Part shown: one piece after another, positions 7,846 to 14,942 of the stretch
How positions within the stretch are numbered: the first letter of the stretch is position 1
How the letters are laid out: every line of letters starts with the position of its first letter
Assembly: GCA_964570495.1 (NCBI GenBank)
Contig: CAZMYN010000004.1
Coordinates: 1-34,263 of the forward strand
Origin: an uncultured Acidimicrobiales bacterium
GTDB lineage: Bacteria > Actinomycetota > Acidimicrobiia > Acidimicrobiales > SHLQ01
DNA length: 34,263 nt
Reading direction: 5' to 3'
Made by a program: the position numbers and the translations under genes
Notes under the pieces: model-generated
What the model was told of the DNA's origin: nothing
The model's database searches: none
What the model saw: only the letters and a program-made list of their open reading frames with translations

Positions 7846-8913
7846 ATGGCACACCCCCTGCTACACCTCACCGCCGACCTTGTCGACATGGCTTCTGTCA
7901 GCTTTGACGAGGGGCCAATCGCCGACTGGTTCGAAGAGCAACTCCGCAAGATCGATGGCCTTGAGGTGGTGCGAGTCGGCAACAACATCGTGGCGCGCAC
8001 CAACTTGGGCCGGAAGTTCCGGGTAGCACTCGCTGGCCACCTCGACACGGTGCCGGCTAACGACAACGCGACGGCGCGAATCGATGGCTCGGTTCTCCAC
8101 GGGTTGGGTTCTGCGGACATGAAGGGCGGACTGGCGGTCATGTTGGAACTCGCACGGACGGTACGTGAGCCCGCCGTCGACGTCACCTACGTGTTGTACG
8201 CCCGCGAAGAGGTCGCCCTTGAACACAACGGCCTACGAGAGTTGTTCGCCGAAGTTCCCGAACTGTTGGCCGCCGATGTCGCGATTCTTGGCGAACCGAC
8301 CGATGCGGTCGTCGAAGCTGGTTGCCAAGGCACGATGCGGGCAAAGATCACGTTGCACGGAGCGCGGGCGCACACAGCTCGCCCCTGGATGGGACGTAAC
8401 GCCATTCACCGCCTCGGAGCGCTGCTCGCAACGCTCGATGACCTGGACTACCGCGAGCCCGTCATCGATGGATGCAAGTATCGCGAGGCTGTTCAGGCAG
8501 TGTTCGTCGACGGTGGGGTTGCCGGAAACGTCGTTCCCGACGTCGCGTCGGTCACGATCAACCATCGCTTTGCTCCCGATCGATCACCCGAGGAGGCCGA
8601 GGCCTATGTTCGTTCGGTCGTTGGGCCTTTTATGGACGATGACGACACCTTCGAGATCACCGACATGTCGCCAGCGGCCAAACCCGATCTGCGTCACCCG
8701 GTGATGGCGTCGTTTATTGGACGCAACAACATCTTGGTTCGCGCAAAGCTTGGCTGGACCGACGTTGCCTTCTTTGCCGAGCAGGGGATCCCGGCGGTTA
8801 ACTTTGGCCCGGGCGACGCGACCTTGGCCCACACGCAACAAGAGCACCTCGATGAGGTGCCCTTGGTGATGGCCTACTCAGCCCTTGAAGAACTTCTAAC
8901 TACTGGCGTCTAG
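7846..8913 (+). CDS. dapE: Succinyl-diaminopimelate desuccinylase (M20 peptidase family)
   Basis: The M20 metal-binding blocks are GHLDTVP, GLGSADMKGG and ILGEPTD. Size and the dapC neighbour fit DapE. Confidence 0.85.
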   Translation: MAHPLLHLTADLVDMASVSFDEGPIADWFEEQLRKIDGLEVVRVGNNIVARTNLGRKFRVALAGHLDTVPANDNATARIDGSVLHGLGSADMKGGLAVMLELARTVREPAVDVTYVLYAREEVALEHNGLRELFAEVPELLAADVAILGEPTDAVVEAGCQGTMRAKITLHGARAHTARPWMGRNAIHRLGALLATLDDLDYREPVIDGCKYREAVQAVFVDGGVAGNVVPDVASVTINHRFAPDRSPEEAEAYVRSVVGPFMDDDDTFEITDMSPAAKPDLRHPVMASFIGRNNILVRAKLGWTDVAFFAEQGIPAVNFGPGDATLAHTQQEHLDEVPLVMAYSALEELLTTGV

Positions 8914-8965
8914 TAACGGCGCAAACCGTTCTAGTAACGGCGCAAACCGTTCTAGTAACGGCGCA
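8910..8965. repeat. 21-bp direct tandem repeat, about 2.7 copies (unit CTAGTAACGGCGCAAACCGTT)
   Basis: Copies at 8910-8930 and 8931-8951 are identical. A partial third copy at 8952-8965 runs into the 3' end of lexA. The dapE stop TAG (8911-8913) is in copy 1 and the lexA stop (complement of 8952-8954) is in copy 3. Confidence 0.85.
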
Positions 8966-9584
8966 GTACAGTGACGACCTTGCCGTAGACCTCGACCTCG
9001 CCGGCGTTGTAGACCATTGGCTTGAGGCTGTCGTTGGCCGGAAGCAACGTGACGGTCTTTCCTGCGGTCGTGTAGGTCTTGACGGTGGCTTCGCCGCCGG
9101 GGATACCAGCGATCACGATTTCGCCGCTCGTTGCGGTGTCTTGACGGCGTACGACGACGAAGTCGCCATCGTGGATTCCGGCGTTGATCATCGAGTCGCC
9201 GCGAACCCGCAGCATGTACAGCTCGCCGTCACCGGTGAACTCGGCCGGTAGGGGCATGAGTTCTTCGACGTTCTCGTGAGCGAGCACGTCGGTGCCCGCA
9301 GCAACGTCGCCAACGAGCGGAACGTGCGTGACCGCAGCGCGCTCGATGACCGCACCGGAGTTCGGATCGTAGCGAACCTCGATCGCTCGTGGCTTTGATG
9401 GATCCCGGCGAAGGTAGCCGAGCTTTTGCAGCGTGTTCAGGTGGCTATGCACGGTGGACGGTGAGGTAAGCCCGACCGCCTTGCCGATCTCGCGAACCGA
9501 CGGGGGATAGCCGAGTTCGCGGTTCTGAGAGTCGATGAAATCGAGTATCGACTGTTGCCGTTCGGTGAGGTTGGTACCGCTCAT
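8952..9584 (-). CDS. lexA: LexA SOS repressor
   Basis: MSGTNLTERQQSILDFI...GYPPSVREIGKAVGLTSPSTVHSHLNTLQKLGYL is the winged HTH. It is followed by VPLVGDVAAG (the Ala-Gly cleavage site) and the S24 peptidase core (RVRGDSM...EIVIA..GEATVK). The start was set at the internal ATG at 9584, where homology begins, not the track's 9707. Confidence 0.93.
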   Translation of the reverse strand: MSGTNLTERQQSILDFIDSQNRELGYPPSVREIGKAVGLTSPSTVHSHLNTLQKLGYLRRDPSKPRAIEVRYDPNSGAVIERAAVTHVPLVGDVAAGTDVLAHENVEELMPLPAEFTGDGELYMLRVRGDSMINAGIHDGDFVVVRRQDTATSGEIVIAGIPGGEATVKTYTTAGKTVTLLPANDSLKPMVYNAGEVEVYGKVVTVLRRY

Positions 9585-9670
9585 GAAGTTGCTTTCGTGT
9601 AGGGCAGAGGTAAAGCCGCGTTGTCGTGGGATGTCTGGCTGGGTTGCATAGTTGTGGCTGTGCGAGCGAA

Positions 9671-9686
9671 TCGAACAAACTTTCGA
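9671..9686. promoter_or_regulatory. SOS box A: TCGAAC-AAAC-TTTCGA
   Basis: One mismatch to the actinobacterial LexA operator TCGAAC-N4-GTTCGA. It lies about 90 nt upstream of the lexA ATG. Confidence 0.6.
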
Positions 9687-9694
9687 ATTTGACG

Positions 9695-9723
9695 TTGCAT
9701 CGTACAACTGTTCGTACTATAAC
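9695..9723 (+). promoter_or_regulatory. Candidate sigma-70-type promoter for the LysM gene (TTGCAT-N17-TATAAC)
   Basis: The -35 TTGCAT is at 9695-9700 and the -10 TATAAC at 9718-9723, with a 17-nt spacer fully occupied by SOS box B. Confidence 0.45.
9700..9715. promoter_or_regulatory. SOS box B: TCGTAC-AACT-GTTCGT
   Basis: Two mismatches to TCGAAC-N4-GTTCGA. It sits in the spacer of the candidate promoter. Confidence 0.5.
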
Positions 9724-9725
9724 TG

Positions 9726-9741
9726 GGGAACGGAAGTTCGC
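9726..9741. promoter_or_regulatory. SOS box C: GGGAAC-GGAA-GTTCGC (perfect GAAC-N4-GTTC core)
   Basis: Read directly. It lies immediately downstream of the candidate -10 element. Confidence 0.6.
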
Positions 9742-9756
9742 CAAACACATGTTCGC
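9741..9756. promoter_or_regulatory. SOS box D (weaker): CCAAAC-ACAT-GTTCGC
   Basis: The core AAAC-N4-GTTC has one core mismatch. It starts exactly 15 bp after box C. Confidence 0.4.
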
Positions 9757-9771
9757 CGAACAACCGTACCC
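9756..9771. promoter_or_regulatory. SOS box E (weaker): CCGAAC-AACC-GTACCC
   Basis: The core GAAC-N4-GTAC has one core mismatch. It starts exactly 15 bp after box D. Confidence 0.4.
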
Positions 9772-9944
9772 GGTCAAGGACCTTCACGAACTTCTCGCTA
9801 CGGCGGGGGGCGTTCTCGCTAAGGCGAGGGACAAATCGTGAAGCAGGGTGGAGGCCAGTCCGACTCGATCGATCCAGAAACATCGCTAAAAACCCAATGG
9901 TTTCAACGAGTTTCAGGTGAGTGTCACACCCCAGGAGAATACTG

Positions 9945-10349
9945 ATGACCATGACCTTTACTCCAAGCGCCGCACCACCGGCAGCCACCTCTACACGTGC
10001 CACTGCTACCTCTACACCCACGGCGCCACGTGCACACAGGGGCACTTCGATCAACCTGTTCCTGGCGGCAATCGTTGCTGTTGGCATCATTGCTGGTCTG
10101 GTTGGTTGGGGAGGCGGGGCCGCAGCGAACAGCCCAATAGAGCCGGTGTCGGCGGTTTCGGTTCTCGACGATGCGATCGAGGTATATGTGGTTCAGCCCG
10201 GCGACACGCTATGGGCCATTGCATCGCAGATGGCTCGACCCGGCGAAGATATCCGCCCGATCGTCGATGCGCTGAAGGAACGTTCGGGCGGCTCTTCGCT
10301 CGACATTGGTCAGCGGATCATCATCGACCACTCGACAATCCGCGGGTAG
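9945..10349 (+). CDS. LysM-domain membrane protein, ChiZ (Rv2719c)-like candidate SOS-induced cell-wall or division factor
   Basis: A Thr/Ala/Pro-rich N-terminus is followed by one TM helix (INLFLAAIVAVGIIAGLVGW) and a LysM motif (YVVQPGDTLWAIASQM...IGQRIII). It is divergent from lexA behind the SOS boxes, as in mycobacteria. The ATG at 9945 is preceded by AGGAG (9933-9937). Confidence 0.8.
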   Translation: MTMTFTPSAAPPAATSTRATATSTPTAPRAHRGTSINLFLAAIVAVGIIAGLVGWGGGAAANSPIEPVSAVSVLDDAIEVYVVQPGDTLWAIASQMARPGEDIRPIVDALKERSGGSSLDIGQRIIIDHSTIRG

Positions 10350-11093
10350 TCATGTTCGGTTTCGCAGGTAACGATGGAACAACAAACCATCCTCGTGCAA
10401 AACACGATCAAGGCTCATTGGATAGGCGGGTGAGCTGTCCATGGCGCCCACGGCCCGTGGACCATTGCCGCCAACGAGAATTGGGGCAAACGACAAACAG
10501 AATTCATCGACCAAGTCTTCGGCCACAAACGCAGCGTTGAGCGTCGGGCCGCCTTCCACGAGAACCGTCTTGGCTCCCCGCTTTCCGAGCTCGACCAGCA
10601 TGGCTCCGAGGTCGACCGTGTCCGATCCGGCTTTGATGACCTCAGCGACTGCTGCGATCGCGTCGACTCGGGATGCTTCGGCCTGTTCACGGGTGACCAA
10701 TATCGGTCGAGATGCCGGGTCGAACACGGAATGAGCGGGGTCGATCTTTGCCGAGTTCGTGACGATTGCGATTCTCGGCAACGGGTCTTGGCCTCGCTCG
10801 ACCCGCATCTTCTGGATGTGGTCGGGTGTTTGGGGAGGTCCATAATTTTCGGCAACGACGGTGCCCGAAGCCGCAACGATCACGTCGGCGACCCCGCGGA
10901 TCGCCCGAAAAACAGCCTTGTCGGCAGGTCCACCCAACCCGCCGGACAGTCCATCGACCACAACAGCGCCGTCGATCGAGGAGATCATGTTGGTGAGAAC
11001 CCACGGCCGACCGGGTGGCCCTGGTCGATTATCGGCCGCGTACAACTCGACCGGATCTACGTTCTCCACAGGGCTCGGGAAAAGTTTGTCCAT
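10350..11093 (-). CDS. RibD C-terminal-domain / dihydrofolate-reductase-like pyrimidine reductase family protein
   Basis: PWVLTNMISSIDGAVVVDGLSGGLGGPADKAVFRAIRGVADVIVAASGTV...VLVEGGPTLNAAF is the typical RibD_C pattern. The ATG at 11093 is preferred over the TTG at 11102. The gene abuts the LysM gene stop with no spacer. Confidence 0.8.
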   Translation of the reverse strand: MDKLFPSPVENVDPVELYAADNRPGPPGRPWVLTNMISSIDGAVVVDGLSGGLGGPADKAVFRAIRGVADVIVAASGTVVAENYGPPQTPDHIQKMRVERGQDPLPRIAIVTNSAKIDPAHSVFDPASRPILVTREQAEASRVDAIAAVAEVIKAGSDTVDLGAMLVELGKRGAKTVLVEGGPTLNAAFVAEDLVDEFCLSFAPILVGGNGPRAVGAMDSSPAYPMSLDRVLHEDGLLFHRYLRNRT

Positions 11094-11200
11094 GATTTGC
11101 AACGCTATCGGAACTCTCCCGGTGTCGAATAACTCGTCGAGAGGGCGTATATGTGGAAAACACGCGACTAATCCACTGCATATTCACAACTCGTCCTCTT

Positions 11201-11228
11201 TTGACCCACAGGGCACCGTGTCTATCCT
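11201..11228 (+). promoter_or_regulatory. Candidate promoter for nrdJ (TTGACC-N16-TATCCT)
   Basis: The -35 TTGACC is at 11201-11206 and the -10 TATCCT at 11223-11228. If real, it implies a leader of about 215 nt before the nrdJ ATG. Confidence 0.35.
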
Positions 11229-11449
11229 GAACGCCGCAGCCGGGAGGGGACTCAGGCACGCTGGAGGTCTTGTGGGCGGGCTTGTCGCAGGAGCTGACCC
11301 CCGAGAACCCTCCCGGTCTGCCTACGCGAACGCCGTGAATCACGGAACAACTTGAGGGGCCCCAACGTTGACAAAATTCCGCACATCTCGTTCCCTAGTA
11401 CCAATGACCTCGGCTACCGCCGTGATCTCGGCCCCGGTAAGGACTGCTC

Positions 11450-14182
11450 ATGTCTCTTAGCTCACCATCGGTTGAATCAGTTCTTGGTCTGCGCCGTGTA
11501 CACACGTCGGAGGGTAAGTCCGTATACGACCAGTTCGACTGGGAGCGCCGCGACGCACGGATTCACGATTGGCGCGATGGGTCCGTCGCCTTTGAGCAGA
11601 CCGACGTCGAGGTGCCTGTTGGCTGGTCGGTCAACGCGACCAATATCTTGGCGCAGAAGTACTTCCGCGGAACGCCAGGCACAGCCGAACGCGAGACCTC
11701 GCTTCGCCAAGTCGTCGATCGAGTGGTGCAGACCATAACCCAATGGGGCATCGAGGGCGGCTACTTCGCCAGTGATGATGAAGCAGCGATCTTCACCGAC
11801 GAACTCACCTTCTTGATCGTCTCGCAACGCATGGCCTTCAACAGCCCAGTGTGGTTCAACATTGGTGTTCCCGGTGTGCCACAACAGGCCTCGGCGTGCT
11901 TCATCTTGGCGGTCGAGGACACGATGGGCTCGATTCTGAACTGGTACGCCGAAGAAGGAATGATCTTCAAGGGCGGTTCGGGCGCGGGGGTCAACCTCAG
12001 CTCGATTCGTTCGTCGGTCGAACCGCTCGAAGGCGGCGGCACGGCATCAGGCCCTGTCAGTTTCATGCGCGGCGCCGACGCGTCGGCGGGAACTATCAAG
12101 AGCGGCGGCAAGACCCGCCGCGCCGCCAAGATGGTGATGCTCGACATCGACCATCCCGATATTCACGAGTTTGTTTGGTGCAAGGCAAAAGAAGAGCGCA
12201 AGGCACGAGCGCTTCGTGATGCCGGCTTCGACATGGACCTCGACGGCGCGGACTCCTTCTCCATCCAATACCAGAACGCCAACAACTCGGTTCGAGTCAC
12301 CGACGAGTTCATGCGTGCCGTCGAAGCGGGCGAGCAGTGGGAACTCACGTCGGTAAAGACCGGCGAGGTCCTTCGGTCGGTACCGGCTCGTGAGCTCCTG
12401 CGTGAGATTGCGACCGCCGCATGGGAATGCGCCGACCCCGGCATCCAATACGACACCACGATCAACCAGTGGCACACGACGCCGGGCGCAGGTCGAATCA
12501 ATGGCAGTAATCCGTGCAGCGAATACATGCACCTCGACAACAGCGCCTGCAACTTGGCGAGCCTCAACCTGCTGGCCTTCCATCGGCCCGAAGAGACCGG
12601 CCGGGTCTTTGAGATCGACGAGTTCGTTGCAGCTGTCGACATTGCCATAACCGCCCAAGACATCCTCGTTGGCCCTGCCGACTATCCAACCGAAGCGATT
12701 GGCGACAACGCGCGGCGCTTCCGTCAGCTCGGTCTTGGCTACAGCAACCTCGGAGCGTTGCTGATGTCTGCTGGCGCCCCGTACGACTCCGATCGCGGAC
12801 GTGCGATTGCTGGAGCCGTCACGGCAGTTATGGGTGGCTCGGCGTACAACATGTCGACCCGACTCGCTGCTCGCGTGGGCACCTTCGACGGTTACGACGA
12901 CGATGCCGAGAACGTTCAGCGCGTCCTTGGCATGCATCGCGGTGCTGTCGATGACCTCAACGCCGAACTGGTTCCAACCGAGCTTCTCACCGCAGCCCAC
13001 GCTGCATGGGACGACACGTGCATCGGGGCCGCCAAACACGGTGTTCGCAACGCTCAGGCAACAGTCCTTGCCCCGACGGGCACGATTAGCTTCCTCATGG
13101 ATTGCGACACGACCGGAATCGAACCCGACCTTGGCCTCGTGAAGATGAAGAAGCTCGTCGGTGGCGGAACAATGCAGATTGCCAACCAAGGTGTTGGGCG
13201 AGCGCTGCGTCACCTCGGTTACGACGAGGCTGCGGTTTCCGAGATCGAAGCCCACGTCGTTGAGACCGGTTCGGTTATCGGTGCTCCTGGGCTTGGTGAC
13301 GATCACGTTGACGTCTTTGCCTGCTCGATGGGCGACAACGTTATTGCGCCCGGCGGACACATCACGATGATGGCAGCAGTGCAGCCGTTCTTGTCGGGAG
13401 CAATTTCAAAGACGGTCAACACTCCCGAATCCGCAACGGTCGATGAGTTTGAACAAATCATGATCGATGGCTGGAAGCTCGGCCTGAAGGCAGTTGCGCT
13501 CTATCGAGACAACTGCAAGGTCGGCCAACCCCTGAGCGCCAAGTCAGCAGCTACCGATGCTGCGGACTCTGCCTCTGAAACCGTCGCGGCCGTGGGGACT
13601 CCGGTCCCTGAACGCGAGCGCCTCCCTCGCTCGCGCACATCGCGCACCATGGAATTCCGGGTCGCTGATTGCAAGGGCTTCGTCACGGTGGGCGAATACG
13701 AAGACGGCCGCCCAGGTGAACTCTTCATCCGCGTCTCCAAGCAGGGATCGACGCTCGCTGGAATTATGGATGCCTTTGCGATCTCGGTCAGCCACGGTCT
13801 GCAATTCGGCGTGCCGCTCAGCGCGTTCGTCGACGCCTTCGTCGGCATGCGATTCGAGCCCGCCGGAATGACCGACGACGCCGAACTACGCCTGGCCTCG
13901 AGTCTGATGGATTACCTGTTCCGGCGGCTCGCTGTCGAGTACATGCCCGTAGAGGACCGCAAGGCACGCAACATCTTGACGGTAGGGGAGCGCACCGAGC
14001 CAACCCTGCCCGGCGTTGTCGAGGCCACCACCCAAACCGTTCAGGGTCAAGACGTTCCCGCCGACCCACCCAGCGGACTGGTCTCCAGCGCACCGTTCTG
14101 CGGCCAATGCGGCACCCAGATGGTTCGTGCTGGATCCTGCTATGCCTGCCGCGACTGCGGTTCCTCTAGCGGTTGTTCATGA
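11450..14182 (+). CDS. nrdJ: Adenosylcobalamin-dependent (class II) ribonucleotide reductase
   Basis: The N-terminus YDQFDWERRDARIHDWRDGSVAFEQTDVEVPVGWSVNATNILAQKYFRG is typical of NrdJ. NPCSEY carries the catalytic Cys. The C-terminal Cys cluster is CGQCG...CYACRDCG. Confidence 0.95.
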   Translation: MSLSSPSVESVLGLRRVHTSEGKSVYDQFDWERRDARIHDWRDGSVAFEQTDVEVPVGWSVNATNILAQKYFRGTPGTAERETSLRQVVDRVVQTITQWGIEGGYFASDDEAAIFTDELTFLIVSQRMAFNSPVWFNIGVPGVPQQASACFILAVEDTMGSILNWYAEEGMIFKGGSGAGVNLSSIRSSVEPLEGGGTASGPVSFMRGADASAGTIKSGGKTRRAAKMVMLDIDHPDIHEFVWCKAKEERKARALRDAGFDMDLDGADSFSIQYQNANNSVRVTDEFMRAVEAGEQWELTSVKTGEVLRSVPARELLREIATAAWECADPGIQYDTTINQWHTTPGAGRINGSNPCSEYMHLDNSACNLASLNLLAFHRPEETGRVFEIDEFVAAVDIAITAQDILVGPADYPTEAIGDNARRFRQLGLGYSNLGALLMSAGAPYDSDRGRAIAGAVTAVMGGSAYNMSTRLAARVGTFDGYDDDAENVQRVLGMHRGAVDDLNAELVPTELLTAAHAAWDDTCIGAAKHGVRNAQATVLAPTGTISFLMDCDTTGIEPDLGLVKMKKLVGGGTMQIANQGVGRALRHLGYDEAAVSEIEAHVVETGSVIGAPGLGDDHVDVFACSMGDNVIAPGGHITMMAAVQPFLSGAISKTVNTPESATVDEFEQIMIDGWKLGLKAVALYRDNCKVGQPLSAKSAATDAADSASETVAAVGTPVPERERLPRSRTSRTMEFRVADCKGFVTVGEYEDGRPGELFIRVSKQGSTLAGIMDAFAISVSHGLQFGVPLSAFVDAFVGMRFEPAGMTDDAELRLASSLMDYLFRRLAVEYMPVEDRKARNILTVGERTEPTLPGVVEATTQTVQGQDVPADPPSGLVSSAPFCGQCGTQMVRAGSCYACRDCGSSSGCS

Positions 14183-14206
14183 CGCTTCGCGATAGCGACT
14201 GAACAC

Positions 14207-14881
14207 ATGACCGCCGAAATCGATTCACCAATCCCGATCCAGCAGACAATTCCTGGAACGCGGCGGCGACCGGCCGAGGCCACGGGAGTGCTGCGCTTCT
14301 CCTTTGGCACCATGGGGTCGGGTAAGTCCACCCAAGCGCTCCAGATCCATCACAACCTGACACACGGCGGCTTACGCGGTGCGCTGTGTAGCAAGCTCGA
14401 TCGCAAGGGCGCACGAGTGAGCACTCGGCTAGGTGCAAGCGCCGAGGCTGTTGTCGTTGACCCCTCGCTCGACCTGCGGGTCATTGCCGAGGCTGACGGA
14501 AATCCACTCGACTACCTGGTTTGTGATGAGGTGCAGTTCTACACGACACGGCAAATCGAACAGTTGGCCCAGGCCGTCGATGATTTCGGTCTCGAAGTCT
14601 TTGCCTTCGGCCTGCTCACCGACTTTCGCGGCCGCCTCTTCGAGGCCTCGGCTCGATTACTCGAGCTTGCTGATGTGTCTGAGGCAATCCAATGCGAGGC
14701 GCGCTGCTGGTGCGGCGAACGAGCGACCCACAACGCCCGAATCGTTGACGGAGTCCAGGTATATGAGGGCGATCTCGTCGTCGTCGACGATCCTGAGCGT
14801 GCCCCCGATGTGAGCTACGAGCTTCGGTGCCGCAAACACTGGACCGCAGGTCAAGGCCCCACCGAAATCGCCCTCCCCTGA
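14207..14881 (+). CDS. tdk: Thymidine kinase
   Basis: P-loop FGTMGSGKST, then DEVQF and the zinc-ribbon cysteines CEARCWCG...CRKHW. It starts 24 nt after the nrdJ stop. Confidence 0.88.
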   Translation: MTAEIDSPIPIQQTIPGTRRRPAEATGVLRFSFGTMGSGKSTQALQIHHNLTHGGLRGALCSKLDRKGARVSTRLGASAEAVVVDPSLDLRVIAEADGNPLDYLVCDEVQFYTTRQIEQLAQAVDDFGLEVFAFGLLTDFRGRLFEASARLLELADVSEAIQCEARCWCGERATHNARIVDGVQVYEGDLVVVDDPERAPDVSYELRCRKHWTAGQGPTEIALP

Positions 14882-14932
14882 AAATCTGTGGTTGCTGAGC
14901 CGCGTATTCGCGGCTGACAGACCACAGATTTT
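14881..14932. terminator. Bidirectional intrinsic terminator between tdk and the protease gene
   Basis: AAAATCTGTGGT (14881-14892) pairs perfectly with ACCACAGATTTT (14921-14932). An inner 7-bp stem pairs AGCCGCG with CGCGGCT, with loop TATT. An A-tract on one side and a T-tract on the other serve the two convergent genes. Confidence 0.7.
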
Positions 14933-14942
14933 CAACGCTGGG

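Noticed and set aside
8910-8965. CRISPR-like or mobile-element-like repeat
   Set aside because: The copies are contiguous with no spacers, there are only about 2.7 of them, and no cas or transposase genes are present. It is a simple tandem duplication.
9581-10090. 169-aa minus-strand ORF, 9445..9777(-) and 9917..10540(+), which cover the lexA-LysM intergenic region and the LysM gene in other frames
   Set aside because: They overlap the SOS-box and promoter region, or the well-supported LysM frame. Their sequences are low-complexity and Arg-rich, with no motifs.
11142-11190. Possible pair of NrdR boxes (GCGTATATGTGG and CCACTGCATATTCACA), about 30 bp apart
   Set aside because: The spacing is suggestive. 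However, neither 16-mer aligns to the palindromic NrdR consensus (acaCwAtATaTwGtgt) in more than about 10 of 16 positions. In each case only one half-site and the AT centre match. I do not consider this enough to call.
11103-11449. Cobalamin riboswitch upstream of the B12-dependent nrdJ
   Set aside because: CCACTG (11173-11178) resembles part of the B12-box core, but it lies upstream of the likely promoter. The remaining conserved elements (GGGAA..GGTG..AA..CC and the GCCACTG context) are not present in order. B12 riboswitches normally repress B12-independent isozymes, not nrdJ. An Rfam scan would settle this.
12047-13360. 437-aa minus-strand ORF, together with similar long ORFs at 4440..5303(-), 5788..6531(-), 17308..18057(+), 22191..23387(+), 25828..26739(+), 27807..28517(+) and 32924..33721(-)
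   Set aside because: Each lies antisense to, or out of frame within, a gene with unambiguous family motifs (nrdJ, dapF, hflX, gltA, acn, the LarA-like gene, the FAR-HAD gene, the TPM gene). Their products are Arg/Ala/Gly/Pro-rich with no recognisable motifs. Such shadow ORFs are the expected by-product of high GC content.
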